64,000 nucleotides of DNA from Trichosphaerium sp. ATCC 40318 (lineage: Eukaryota > Protista > Tubulinea), in the NCBI GenBank assembly GCA_038496445.1, contig JALMLS010000276.1, positions 1 through 64,000 on the forward strand. Direction: 5' to 3'. This document shows positions 23,312-36,727 of the stretch, in pieces. The notes under the pieces were generated by a model. That model did not search any database. It saw only the letters and a list, made by a program, of their open reading frames with translations, and was not told the DNA's origin. Numbering within the stretch: the stretch's first letter is position 1; each line of letters starts with the position of its first letter. The translations under genes and the position numbers were made by a program.

Positions 23312-26300
23312 ATGGTCAGCCAGCGTATGGATAAACCAATATTGGCTGTATGCAGTGGTGGTAAGATTAAACAATAAATCACGTTTATTTAGTCATAAAA
23401 ACCTTACTGAATTACCTAACACGTGATATAATATGTATAAGATAACTAACCGTTTTGATTGCCTTTAGACTTTGACCAGAATACTGGGTATGGTATCAAC
23501 CATTTTTATCCTAAGAAGCTTAAATTTGAGGATATAAAAGAAAGACTTGCTGCGCTGTACGTCGAACCATCGATCTTGAATTAATTAAAAAGAATTATTA
23601 TTCTGTGGCTTGCGTTAAAGTTTCTTTAAACGATCACGTTTTTTTCTATTCAAAATCACGTGGTTAAAGTAGATAAACCTTAAAAAGCAAATATGAGATT
23701 TCTTTTTTTTTTTTTTTTTTCAATTACAAATCGGCGAATCTCTTGATTGTATGGTCACGTGACGCGGTGTAGGTGCTTTACAGACGGCTGCCATAATTTT
23801 GATTGCGAAAGCGTTTACTTTACATGTGAAGGGGAGATACGTTTGAAGAGGCAAACAGTAGATAAGATTTACGGCGTTAGTCTCTTTAGGTAAGACTAAA
23901 TTACTACAAACTAAAAAACTACGTTCGACTCGCGGTTATTTGTGAGTTATCATTTGCCAAAAATTGATATTTGAATAGACAAGGTGATGATAAATCAAGC
24001 AAACGAGGAGCTGTACAAGCTGCAGTAATTGCGTTGAGGTGAACATTAATTACTTTTTTTTTCAAATTTTCTTGCGAAAAAGATTTTTCTTTCATTAACA
24101 CTTTGTTAAGTACATCTCCCGATTATCTGTCATTTTATCAGCACGTCATGGGTACACATATTTTTCACCACCTGCGAATGATTTTTTTGGGCGCGTATGT
24201 ACCTAACAGGAAATCTAGACCACTATCTTCAACAGAACTTATTTTTATTCATGGCAAAGAACAAAAAACGAAGAAAGAACCAAGGCAAGATTAACAAATT
24301 GCTTCAAACAGTATACACCGTGATCAACAATTCAGTCGAAGTACACATAAAAAAACAAACCTGAAGTATATGACAAGCTCTTAACGCCTTTTAAAATAGG
24401 GAAAAAGCCTTGTGGACTCTGTCATGCTGAATTCCAAGACGATTTATGATCATAGATATTTTGATCAGTCTCCTCTTAGTGGTCACTCCATAGCAAAACT
24501 AGTCGCTGATTTTGGACGCGAAGCAATGAAAGTACGTCATTCTACAGAATTTTTTTCAGTGCACGTGACTAAATATTCTAGTTGTGGTATGCGCTTATTT
24601 TAGATCACAGGTACGTTTTTTTGTTTGAAAAAAATTTTAACAATTTGGCCCTTTACTCCCGAAGTGTTTATTATTCTACAAAAGGGTTTTAATTACGGCC
24701 AAACGAGCGAGTGATTCTTCCAGACTAGCTATGGCTACACCATTAATCGTACAACCGTTAGATATTACTCATCGACTAAGGTAACCAAAAACCCCAAAAC
24801 ATCTTTTATTTTAAGCTAACTGTGGTGACTTTTTTACCAGGCCACACGCAACTGTACATGATCTTGATATGGCTCTAAACGAACCTTGTGTTGTCGGTAC
24901 CAATCATCCCCTATTTATGAATGCAACAGGTACAACTTTAGTACAAATTCTCTTTTCAATTAATTTTGTTACAAAAGATGACTGGGATACAATTTTTCAC
25001 TTTGATGGACGGCGTGTGATTTGTAAACAATTCGGAGTACCAAATTTCAAGTTATCTGGTAAACAAAAGAAGATACTGGTACGTATAACTTCGAGTCGAG
25101 CAAAGAAAAACAAAAAGTTTTGGAAAAAGAAAAAAGTACTTAATCTAACTTTTTGTTAAGCTGTCTTTCACAAACGCCTTACAAAGCCATGACTGCGAAA
25201 TTTGGTGCGTCCACACTACTGTTAAATCATGAGATTATCTTATACTTTACCAGGTTGCGTAAACAGTTCAGAAACCTTACAACTCGGTTTTTATACAAAG
25301 TCCAAACAGCAACACTTGGAACAAGAAAATCAATCGTTTTTGCAGGATGGAAGTCTTCGGCATTGTATAGAACATATATCGCTAAACATGGAAAGGTATC
25401 CTACGCACCTGACCCACCTACTGGTAGAAAGTACGCCACAAAAAAAAATATAGTCGTTTAGATTTTTGTGTCTCACAGGTTATTGCTTTAAAAAAACAGA
25501 GACAGTATAATCGGAAAAATGACACAACGTTTATCAGTAAGACGAAAGTCAAGCTCTGTGCCTCATTTGTATTTCATTAAACAAACGAAGAGCCAGGCTT
25601 CTGATGATAGTAGTAATAATAATAGTGAAAAAACGTCAGTCCCATCATAATTAGCTTTGGTACCTATTAGTAATAACTTTGCTAACTTTTTCTTTTTTAA
25701 AACAGACCTCCTGAAATTGGACCTGCACCAACTACAAAATCAAAAAGACGTAGATTCTCTTCTCCTTCTCCAAAGAGAGTATCGAGTAATAGCAAGGTAA
25801 GTGCATACTTAGAAACAAAGCAAAATCACTCTGTTCTTCAGAATTTTAACTTCAAAAAACTTATCACGTGATTTTTTTTTCACAAAATTTTCACACGTGA
25901 TTCACTCAAAACGTGGTTATAACGTGCGCAAGCACCCTTGAGATTTTTACCAAGGGTTTTTTATTATTATCACGTGATTTGATTGTTTGTAATTTATTTT
26001 CTTAGTTGGAGAAGAAGGGACATAAAAAACGTGGATCTATTGGAGATTACGCCAGCTTAAAGGTCAAAAGACGTGACAGTGTTATAAGCAACTCATCAGC
26101 AAAATCAAACAGATCACGTATGTCTTCAAGATCAAAGAGATCCAGACGTTCAAGTAGATCAAAGAGGTCAAGACGTTCAACTACTAGTACTAGATCAAGA
26201 AGCAGATCACGAAGAGATAAATCGATTGAAGGTGACTTACAGGCATTGAGTCGCCGTAAGCTAAAGAAAACAACAAGTATGAACCTTGTAGTTCCTTCTA

Positions 26301-26368
26301 AACGTGCGCACAAGAGGAAAAAATCATCATCACCTCTTGCAAAGCCATTTCACACGCACGACTTGTAA
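23312..26368 (+). CDS. DENN-like (Afi1/Avl9/DENND6-related) protein with Arg/Ser-rich C-terminal tail
   Basis: Motifs DFDQNTG, IYGVSLFRQ..DKSSKRGAVQAAV, LVADFG...LWYALILDHRVL and VVGTNHPLF. Last exon contains SRSKRSRRSS repeats. Confidence 0.65.
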
Positions 26369-26647
26369 TAGAATTGTAAATGTAGATTAAACAAAAAAGA
26401 TTACCGACATTGTGTACCGTTTTATCCTCTTCATGCCTTTGTACAGGCCATTACAATAAAGAGGTCAAAAGGCAATGCATCTTTCCACATGCAAAGCTGC
26501 GCTAAAGAAAAATTGTTGCCTGTAATGCTAAATACGCTGAAGCTGAGGTAAGGTTCTCATCATAGCTAAAACGTCTTCTGGTTCAAAATAAACGGTATGT
26601 CAAAGCGTGAACCCGTGTGCTGTACAAAGTGGTTTATTTAAGAATAC

Positions 26648-27269
26648 TTAAGCAGTTTTAAGGCATTTGCTAATACAATCGTGAAAGTCTTTCTTGCAGT
26701 CCTCAAGACGGGCTTGGAAACACTCAGCAATTGCAGTTTTGCATGAGTTACATGATTCAGGAAGAAATGAATCTGTAGATACAAGAGTAGAGATACCAGT
26801 TGCTACCTTTGAATCATCGCCAGCAATCGGTTTATCAGATTGGTTACCATCGTGATCGCCCATTGGGTGCTCTCCGTGCTCGCCTTGGTGTTTTCCTTTG
26901 TGATCACCCATTGGATGTTCTCCGTGCTCGCCGTTTTGTTTACCGCTGTGATCGCCCATTGGATGCTCGCCGTGTTCGCCGTTTTGTTTACCGCTGTGAT
27001 CACCCATTGGATGCTCGCCGTGTTCGCCTTTACCTTGTTGACCACCCATAGGATGTTCTCCGTGCTCGCCTTGGTTTTGACCTTGTTGACCTTTGTGTTT
27101 TCTGTTATGTCTACCATTACGAGGACGCTTTTGATCGGAGTCTTCAGCGAAACACTACAACACAGATTATTCAAAAAACGTTTTTAGTTAAAGCGTAACA
27201 ACACAAACTTACGCTAGAAATAACTAGAGCAGCGATAAGTAAGAGTGCAATACGTGAAGATAATGCCAT
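26648..27269 (-). CDS. Secreted His/Gly/Glu-repeat protein with a Cys-rich C-terminal domain
   Basis: Signal peptide MALSSRIALLLIAALVISS-VFA and one intron. Five GEHGEHPMG units, then the tail CNSCKTAIAECFQARLEDCKKDFHDCISKC. Confidence 0.8.
26850..27072 (-). repeat. Coding tandem repeat, ~45-48 bp unit, 5 copies
   Basis: Recurrent cccattggatgctcgccgtgttcgcc-like units encoding GEHGEHPMG(DH). Confidence 0.9.
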
Positions 27270-27479
27270 GATAATGAGTTGATGAGTTGATGTTATGTCT
27301 GTGTTGACTGTTTTTAATTGATAGTTCTTGTATTTTCAAAAAGTCCCGCAATTTTCGGACCGTTATGGCCGATAAAAACTGCACATTCTTAAAACATCAC
27401 AATCGTTCCCTACACTTTTTTTCTCGGTACAAGATTGATATTTAAAGCCAATGTACAAGTAAGTTTTGTCTAAGTTTGA

Positions 27480-28045
27480 AAAAAAGCGAAATTTCTAATT
27501 ATCCCGTCACTGTAGTTCCCACAACTATCGCCATATTATCTCGTCTGTCAAAACCTAAAAACTCTTTCACAAGCACCTGGCTACTAACTGTTTTTTCCCA
27601 CGTGTTCGCCAAAACAAGAGATTTTGCGGGCTTTGTAAATCACATCCAAAAACCTCCTGAGGATTACAGAGTCCATCATCTGTTGTTGGTAGTCCATCAA
27701 AAATATAGTGTACATTCCCAAGATGTTTGAGCCAATCTTTTGGCTCGCTGATTCTAATTTCATGTACATCATTGAGTGCCTTTACTCCTTCCATAGTATT
27801 CAATTGCAATGGCGACTACTGATTGTGTGTACTTGAATGCAATCAAGGGAACATCTGCTAATTTGACAACTCAATGGTGTGAACGGTCCAACTCCTCCTT
27901 GTACTAATGCTGCCTGCGTCTGTAATATGTACTTAATAGAACGATGCTTTGAAAGCCAGAAAGTATACAAATCTCTTTCTGACAGTGTTCTAAACTCCTT
28001 GCACTTATTTCAGTGTTTTTCAGCAGTGGACTATCTTTGAAGTTT
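27480..28045 (-). pseudogene. Decayed F-box/LRR copy 3
   Basis: Fragments DSPLLKNTE and EGVKALNDVHEIRISEPKDWLKHLGNVH, with stops and frameshifts. Confidence 0.75.
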
Positions 28046-28089
28046 GGAGTACAAAATAAAACATGTTCTTTTAAACTTGTTTATTGTAA

Positions 28090-28831
28090 TTACTTCTTAT
28101 TGCCTTGAAACAATGCACTACGCTTTGTTGCACTACTACGTTGAATTGGAGTACATGTATTTGGATCAGGTGATGTGTAACTAAATATACTGCTAAAGGT
28201 ACCACCCATCAACAGAGATTGTGGTGTAACTACAAAACTAGAAACAATAAATATGGAGGTAGCATCAAGTTAACATAACATACGTGAATGATGTTTCAGT
28301 AAAGCTTATATCCGTTGGAGGGGAGGCAAAATTAGATGATGTAAGGTAAAACCCTTGATGGAAAAAAAGGTGAGTCAATTGGGAGAAAGAAAACCATTTC
28401 CAAGAAATCAATTTGAGATAAATAGTTTGTACCAGTAACAACAGGTTCATTAAACTCGCAAGTTAGCGTTAATGCCATTCTAAAACTAGTGGGACTGTCT
28501 ATTGATATTGAATACGTGAAGGACGTTGAGTCAATGTTAACTCTATAGGTTACAGTGCCTGGTACTATGTACTCTGTAGCCGTATCACTCACAATGAAGT
28601 TGGGATTATTTGGCTCTGAAGATTCTAAAAGTACATCGGACATACTTGACGCCACAGTCAACTGACATGTACCTTCATCGTTCTCACCTTAAGAAGAACT
28701 TAGTATTCGTTCATTTACTACTAACATTACAAACAAAAAACAAAGTCTTATGTCGTACTGATTGAAAGTGTCACGGAGAAGAATAAAGTGCATAATATCA
28801 TAAAAATAATTGTTAAAATTGGGTATTTCAT
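28090..28831 (-). CDS. Secreted hypothetical protein
   Basis: Signal-like MKYPILTIIFMILCTLFFSVTLS, an intron, then a long Ser/Thr-rich beta-type exon (ORF 28332-28661 and continuation). Confidence 0.5.
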
Positions 28832-29363
28832 TTTTTTTTGCGTTGATGTTTCTGAATAGGTTTAAGGAAGGTATAAGCTTAGAAGGTAATTATTTAGTTA
28901 ACACCCTACATAAAATGTTAAAGCGTATCTCAGATGTAAAATAATCTCATTACGGAGGTCAACCTAGTCTGGTAAAAGCCTACCTTCGTCTGGTTGATCT
29001 TCAAGTTAAATTGAAAAGGTTTTCAGCAAAAAAGGTCTGAATTTGTAATGAGAGGGCAGACTTGATGAACGTACTGAGAGGAATCACGTGATTGGTCTTT
29101 CTTTGGTTATTTTAGTTATGGTTTAAGCTTATCAGATGCTTCTAGCGTAAAGTTTGTCCGATAAAAGCCCGATTTCTCTGAAATTGTCCAAGACTTTATT
29201 TCGAAAAAGTGATGGCGAAGTGGTTTGAAAATCGGTAATTGGTATGTTCAATGAATGTAGTTCTGTTGCGGTTGTGTCGCGAATCGCAACTAGGTTTTTT
29301 TTTCACACGTGACTATTTTATTAAAAACATTTTCCATCCAACTGAAATGCAATGGTTACTTGA

Positions 29364-32025
29364 CTATAAATCCAAGTGAGATTGTGAGTCTTCTTTATGA
29401 AGATAAAATGAAGTGTTTTCTAAAGGTGGATATTCTAAGGAGTTTGATATTATTGGTTCTAAAAAGTCAGTGTGTTGGATAAGAGCGTCTTCCTGTATAT
29501 TAATATCTTGTTGAGAAGAAAGCAGCAACGATTCAGACTGTTGATCTTCTACTAGAACTTGTTCAACATGTTGAATAGGAGGGTTTGCGTCCTCAAGTGG
29601 TAATGGATTTAATGTTTCTATTGGTGGGTATAAATACTGTAGAGCATCACGTGGAGACTCTGGTTTTTGTATCCTAAAAAAACAGGTAAAGATTTACAAC
29701 TTTTGTTTTTGACTTTTGGATTGTTGTACCATCCTTCAAGAGTTGTTGGTTTACTCTTTCGTATCTCATTGACTATTGATACAAACTTTGTTACATCCAC
29801 ACCATACTTTATTGCTTCATCATAAAGACAACTACAGAAAAAGGGTCAAGACGAGTTCTTTCAACCCAAACAAACTCGAGGTCAAAGAAGAATTGTTTAC
29901 TCACCTCAATAAAACGTAGCTTAGTCTCCAGGTATCTGATAAACTAATCATCTCTTTCATAGTCTAAAAGCGAAAGTAATAAGTAAATTATAATAAGCTG
30001 AGGGCCGATTGGAAAAGAATGCGATGAGAAAAGAGATGACTTACATCTGAAAAAAATTCATATTGGTTGCATCTAATAGCAACAAAGCAGCAGTCGTATG
30101 CAATACAGACACTTCCTGGAAAATATCTTGTACTAGCTTGATATCTGTAAGTATGCCAAGACTCCAAAGCTGTCTAAACGAGAAAATGTTGAGAAATAAC
30201 AAACAAAACAAGATTACACATACTTCAAGTGCTTCATCATTTTTGGCAGCTGCTAAGCTTACAATTGATTTTGTCGCTGAAATCATGTTGGAGAAAAACC
30301 TCACATTAGTGGGTGATGTATCACTTAGATATTTAACAAGTAGATCTTTTGTATGATTGAGTTGGCCCATACAAACATCATATTCTTCAAGAGACTAAAC
30401 CGAACAAAAAAAGTTACTCGCACATCAAGCTCAAAAAAAAAAGCCGTACGATTGATGTAAACCCACAATTGGCTTCTCCCCATGCGCTTGAATACCATGG
30501 CATACCAGCAACTCTGAAGAATATCTACAAGGAGTGTAAACAATAAAAAGCAAGAGAGTAAGCTACAAACAACACCAAGAAAAACCCCGGAATTCGTACT
30601 CTTGATACTGAAGCCCAGACATGTTGTATGAACTCTGCATTTGTTAAGTTTGTTGTATCCATCATATCTGCTAATTCAGCTGAAATCTCCTTGTGGACAT
30701 CAATAATTTCATCCCTTAATTAAATAAGGTATTCAATGTTATTCTGTTTTACAAAAAATTAAAGTACCTAGACGCTTCGAAAACGTTATACTGGTGAAGC
30801 CTAAACCCTCGAGCAAGAGCATCTGCCCTTCTTGACACTTGTTCGATATTTACCCCATCCCATTTTAATCTTTTCGCCATTGCTATACCACGTGCTTTAG
30901 CAAAAAAAAAAAAGCAAACAAGCGCTAATTTCACGTTCTCTGAGAAATAGTCTTGTGACATTTTCGGAGCGATTAAAGCACTTGAACATTAGGCGCTACC
31001 TTGCGATATTTGCATGTAATAGAAGCCTTGAGGTAAATCATCAAATGTAGCTATACATAACCCCAGTATATAAGCACCAGCTGGATTTGAAAAAAAAGGT
31101 GTCAGTTGTTGCACGAAGATTATTGCTAGTTTTGGGTGTGGCGTACAGGCTGCGGATACGTTTATAGTATCGTACAAGTTACGTAGTATACGTTTGCAAT
31201 CATTATAAACGAATCTGCGTGTCTATCAAATCCACCTATTCTAGCACCAAGTGCCATACAACTCATGACTTCAAGCAATTTTGGATTAAATTGCCATGCT
31301 GTAAATTATTAATTTTTGTTGTTAACAAAGCGGAAAAGAACCCTGTCAACAAAAAATCGTTACGTACTTCTATCCTGTTTAAGCGTTTCTAATACATTGA
31401 CTGCATTCCATCCATTCGTAGAAGCACCCTAATGGATTATTACTAAATCCTCTAGGTGTACAATACAATAACCAAAAACGAAAAAAAGTTTCTTGCACAA
31501 AACAAAGGACGTACATGCCACACAAGCAAACATTCCAAGTACATGTCAATATGACCAGCAATAGAAGAACTCAAACCAAGGTGTACAGATACTTTCCATA
31601 ACTCACACTTTATAAATGTGAGAAAAAATCACGTGACTCCGGAACAACTTCATCCCAAAAAAAATCCCAAAAACTGCTGTCAGAAAATTCATCAAATGTA
31701 CCTGTTTAGACGTATTTAACTCATATAGCTTCTTCCACCGTTGCGCTTCTAGTTTTTGCTCTTCTACCTCCTTTTTCATCCTCTCTAGATCCTGTGTTGA
31801 CTTACTTCTGCTCCCTCAATCAAAATCAGCATAAAAACGCCTTAAGAGCGTCATTGTGCGTTTATTACCTACAGCAGGGCCTCGTTTTTTCGGAATAGGG
31901 TATGTACATGTCAAATTGCTCTTTGCGCAACGTCCGCACGGGTTTCTACCACTGCATTTCACGTGCTGCTTACGGCAATTCTCACAGGCTATTTTATTTT
32001 TTTTACGCCGTTTTCTTGCTTGCAT
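29364..32025 (-). CDS. Zn(II)2Cys6 binuclear cluster transcription factor
   Basis: ACENCRKQHVKCSGRNPCGRCAKSNLTCTY..PKKRGP, then a coiled coil and a multi-exon middle region. Confidence 0.88.
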
Positions 32026-32269
32026 TTGATGTAGAAGGTAGTTGTAGGGTAAAAGTATTTATGATAAACGTTTATCAAACCGAAATTCGTTGTTCCACCG
32101 ACTTTGACGTCCCACCAAAGAGTGTTTTCTGAAAAAGCAAAAGAGTCACGTGTCAATTCCAGTCAGCAACTATTTTATGAACAACATAAGGCTCATCGCC
32201 AAAGTCTGTATCAATTGCTTTACGCTGGATATGAACAAGCCTTTATCAAAATCTACCATGCATTTAACA

Positions 32270-33087
32270 AACAAAGCTTGTCCCATGTTAACAATGATAA
32301 ATCACTAGCAGATTTACCACTTGAGACACTAACGCATATTCTATGTTATTTAAATAAACATCAACGTATTGAAGCATCTGCAGTGTCTCACGTGTTTAAT
32401 AACATCATTCGCTGTAATATTGGCTTTCATAGCATCACTGTGAGAGATTCGTTGGAGTGTAGCATCCTAAAGGTAGTCCCCTTCTCGAAAATACCCATAT
32501 AGCTTGCCATTTGTTGACTCTATCAGAAAGTGACTTGTCTTGCCTTTCTGGAGTCAAATCAATAAGCTTGCTTCGAACAAATACTACAGACTCACATATC
32601 CTTAGGTTACTAGGAGGAAAGCACACCATTCACGCCATTAACTTGTCATTTACAAATATAACAGATGTATCATTGATTGCACTCAGAGGTGTACACACAA
32701 TTTGTCTTCGAGGTTGTGTAAAGGCACTCAAAGATGTACATGAAATTAGAATCGATCCAAAAGAGTCATGGCTCAAACATCTTGGGAATGTACACACTGT
32801 TTATATTGGGTACTCAGCAACAGATGATGGAATTAAATCATTGATCAATGTCAAGCATTTACGTTTATCTCATTGTCATAAGATAACTGACTCACCTTGA
32901 ACACTTGAGAATTTTTAGGTGTTCTTTGCTTACTATTGATTGTTTGAAACACTTGACTTCTCTCAAAACATTCACTACATGTGTAGACTCCAATATTACA
33001 AGAAAAGAAGTTGAAGCATTGGGTTGGATTGGCAGACCTACTAACGGATTTGTGGTCCACTATTTGAAAATCCAGTGTTCCAAATGA
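32270..33087 (+). pseudogene. F-box/LRR copy 4 with frameshifts
   Basis: F-box LADLPLETLTHILCYL. LRRs are split over three ORFs (32104-32502, 32511-32900, 32905-33087). Confidence 0.8.
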
Positions 33088-34372
33088 GAAGAAAAAGTTT
33101 TCAAATCTGCGTTGTAAGGCAAGAACTATGGCTATCTGTACAATTAACTTTATTCATGTTTACATTAATAAAAAGGAAGTACTATTGATGCCTTATGACG
33201 GTAATAGAAATATCAGTGTCTGTACTATTGATTGTACATTCTTAGCCAGTAATGACAACACGGTACTAGACAGAAGTTTAGCTATTAGTTTCCTATCAAA
33301 ACAAGCATACCAAGGTCGTGATAAACTGAAAGGTAGCACTGCATGTGACATGCCATAAGTATCAGTGGTTTAAACGTAAAAGTAGCAACGAACAAAGGAC
33401 AGGTAGTACAACAGCCTAGATGGAAACCACCGCCAATACTATGATTACGTTCCTCTTTGAAGTACTTCAGTTTTTTTGGAAAAGTTACATGTAATATACA
33501 GCCTGTAAAGTTCCAAGATAAATGGGTTACGGAGACTAAGCGAGGATTGCGACTTTACATAATACAGTCAACAACCTAGAGGCGTAACAACGCAATGACT
33601 ACAATGTACTCGGAAAAGTTTTTGGTTTTTCGGTTGTTGTTTAATTGTGACTTTAAATAAAACAAGTTTCAGGCTTCATCACTAAGTGGTCAAGCCAAGA
33701 GATAGGTTCTGATCCAATCAAGTGTTGTTGTTGTTTGTAAGAGCCAATGGCGATAGGGATCTAACGTTACTCTAGAGTGTATTTTACAACAACGGTATAG
33801 TTCTTTCAATGTCTTCAGCATCGTATACATACCTCACAGCATCGTATGGCTCATTTGAACGTGTCAAACATGTCTATCAATGACATACTGATGACTTGGA
33901 ACTACAAAACTGTAAAGAGATTACAAACATTGTCACATAATGATGTACCTAACATACCTATCGCTATCCGGTATGAAGAAAGTCAAAGTGAAGAGTCGTC
34001 AACATCATAAAAGCAAAGAAAAGGTCACGTGAAAAACTGAAAAAAAACAAACCAACAACAATGCTTCCCGTAATAGGAGCCTGATTGTTTATCAGATATT
34101 CTAAATAATTGCAAACAAGAACAATGTGTAGATAAGCTAAGGTTATAAGTCGAGTTGTTACAGGTACGAGGTAAGGAGAATTCTGGTTCTATTAACTTTA
34201 TAACATAATACAGAATGAACTTCGTTATATTCAGATAACGAATGGCGTACAAGAGGCCCCATATACGACAAATGTGACTTTAGCAGAGTATTTTGTTTAT
34301 TTACCTTGGAAGTATTGAGGCAGAACAACAACGAACTTAAGGGTTATATTTTTTTTATTTTTTCAGCTGTTT

Positions 34373-35032
34373 TTAATGATATGAAATTATAGTCCCCATA
34401 ACTAAGCTTGATACACTCTCTTCCATGCCACTATAAAAGTTTCCTTTTACATTATCGGAGTCAAGTTGAAAACTGTGGCACGTGCCACGGCTGTAGCCCG
34501 GAGCCCCAGGGTTCTTACAAACTTGCAAATATTCGTAAGCACGGCAATTAAATGCACGGAAACTTGAAGCATCATCACCAAAGGAGTACTCATGTAGGTC
34601 CGACACATACATTGCGCCATAATTTCGAGCACCAAAGTCAATTGTTTTGCCACCTTGGTTTGGATGATCATAGAGTCTAACGAAGCAATTAGTGCTTGGC
34701 GTCATTCTAAGAAATCTATTGGCTGATGGTATATTTGGCGTCTTTTCCCCTCCAATATGAATAACAAAAGATCCGCCCAAACTAGAAGTGAGAGCGCGTA
34801 CAGTCTGGCAACCGCTTGAAACATGTATTGATTTAATTGCGAATGGAACCTCGTAAACTGTTTCAGATGAAGTACAAGCAATTCTAACAGAACCCCGAAA
34901 GTCTTTGGAGGAATAAGCTTTAATACAACAACCTGAATTTTCGCTGTATGATCCCCAATCTACGGAGTACTGGAAAGATAGTACTAAGGTGGTCATAGAT
35001 AAAGCCATAATTAACACTTGAAGTATTGCCAT
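34373..35032 (-). CDS. Intronless secreted beta/gamma-crystallin-like domain protein
   Basis: Signal peptide and Greek-key motifs YSSKDFRG...IKSIHV, VRLYDHPNQGG...FGDDASSFR and MEESVSSL. Confidence 0.75.
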   Translation of the reverse strand: MAILQVLIMALSMTTLVLSFQYSVDWGSYSENSGCCIKAYSSKDFRGSVRIACTSSETVYEVPFAIKSIHVSSGCQTVRALTSSLGGSFVIHIGGEKTPNIPSANRFLRMTPSTNCFVRLYDHPNQGGKTIDFGARNYGAMYVSDLHEYSFGDDASSFRAFNCRAYEYLQVCKNPGAPGYSRGTCHSFQLDSDNVKGNFYSGMEESVSSLVMGTIISYH

Positions 35033-35633
35033 TATTGTTGAAGGAAGTTATTTTGGTTTTAAGTGTTCGTCAACTTAACCATTGTTAAAACTAATTTTCC
35101 GGTATGACGCGACATGGTTTTTCCCAATTTGTGATATTTCTTTAAGAAGGGTTATATAATATACATCTACAAACGCTCTAGTTACGTTTTTAAAGTATTC
35201 TCTGCTGTTGAACGAATACTTGAAAATACACATTAATTTTGTGTTTATAATTAACAGTGAAGGTGGTCCATGTAATCCACGGGAAAACAACGTAGAAAAA
35301 GAGTTAAAAACTACAGATAGTATTAAGTCATTAACCAAAGTGTAAAGAGACCGCTGTATGTGTGTTGATAACGCACCATAGGTTAGTAGTAAGTAAGAAG
35401 TTATTACAGAAAAAACTACAAAAAACTATTGTCTTTGAACTGCAATAGCGCTATTTTGAACCGTTCATTTACAGTTGGATTCACAAACTTCCGCACCTTT
35501 TTCGGCACGTTCTACACCCTACCGAAGTAGCTCTAAATCTTTCAACAAAAACCAAAAACACATTCAACTTGTGAATCCAATTATAGACTTTTCGAATGCT
35601 AGGTTTATGCAGGTTGAATTACTTACTAACCAC

Positions 35634-35955
35634 TAGAGGTGGTCGTCGTCCGTTCCCGGCTAAGCCGGTTACAAAATCTGTAGTCGGTTAACCGGCTAAG
35701 AAACTCAGCAACAAAATCTGTAATTGGTTACTCGCTCAAAAATGTGAGATTTTGTTGGTGTTGTACCATGGCACCACATGCTTTTTCTAAGTTCTACATG
35801 CTCTTAATCGCTTTAAAATTCGTATGTTCAATACATGGACAAGCCTATAGTGGCTCAAGGGCCAGTTTTAGTTTTCCCTTATTTTTCGTAGCCAGTTAGT
35901 TCTTCCCAATAACTTAAACGGCTAGCCGGCTATAACCGCTTAGCTACCACCTCTG
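35634..35955. mobile_element. Non-autonomous hAT-like MITE (322 bp)
   Basis: Terminal inverted repeats TAGAGGTGGT...ACCACCTCTG. Perfect 8-bp duplication CTAACCAC at 35626-35633 and 35956-35963. Subterminal CCGGTTA/CGGCTA repeats. Confidence 0.85.
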
Positions 35956-36727
35956 CTAACCACTGCGAAAATATGCGAATTTTGATCTGTACCTTGGATC
36001 CATTAGAGTTGAAGGTACTACACTAGGTGCAGTTGTAGTTTGGTAAACAGAGTGCAGCATTTGGATTCAAGTTGATACACAGACCATAAGTTTCGTGACA
36101 GAAATCCAAAATCCCAGGTAAAATCCTATGGATTACCGGTCATCTGCCACTAAATTGGCACTACCGCTACAGCAACCATGAGTGCTAAATGAATCTTATG
36201 TTCCATAGAACAAAATAATTTCGTGCATTAATTGACAGTGGTACATCGAATGCGGCATATTAGTATTGTAATTGTGAAGATGTGTCATATATTCTTATCT
36301 CCTTGTAATAAGTTGCCATGCATTGAAACTGATGCTTTCATCAAGGTGATGCGAATAAGTTGTTTCGTATATTTTTTTTTTTCAAACTAAGTTTGTACGT
36401 TGTTTGTTTCGTATGTCGGCATCCACTTAATCACTCCGCCACGCGGCAAAAATCCCGAATGCTGTGCGAGTTTCCTTGTCATTGTTGGCATGTGTTGTTA
36501 TTATTATGTACAAAGAAAACTCGCACAGTTTTCAGCTTTTTTAGCTCTCGCCCACACGCTCCTGAAACAAGTACTAATAGTCAAACTTTGCTCTCCTACG
36601 CTCGTAAAGGCCGTACACTAGCGGGAACGTTTCAGTGGAAGTCGACAAAGTCAGTAAGTAAAGTCAACTATTTTCTGCAATAAGTGGAGCTAACTTCTGT
36701 TTGACAGTTGTACTGCGCGTGTAAACA

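Noticed and set aside
26850-27072. CRISPR-like periodic repeats
   Set aside because: The spacers are themselves repetitive, the units keep frame inside a signal-peptide gene, and there are no cas genes.
35475-35580. 12-bp inverted repeat TTGGATTCACAA
   Set aside because: No target duplication or other support; may be chance.
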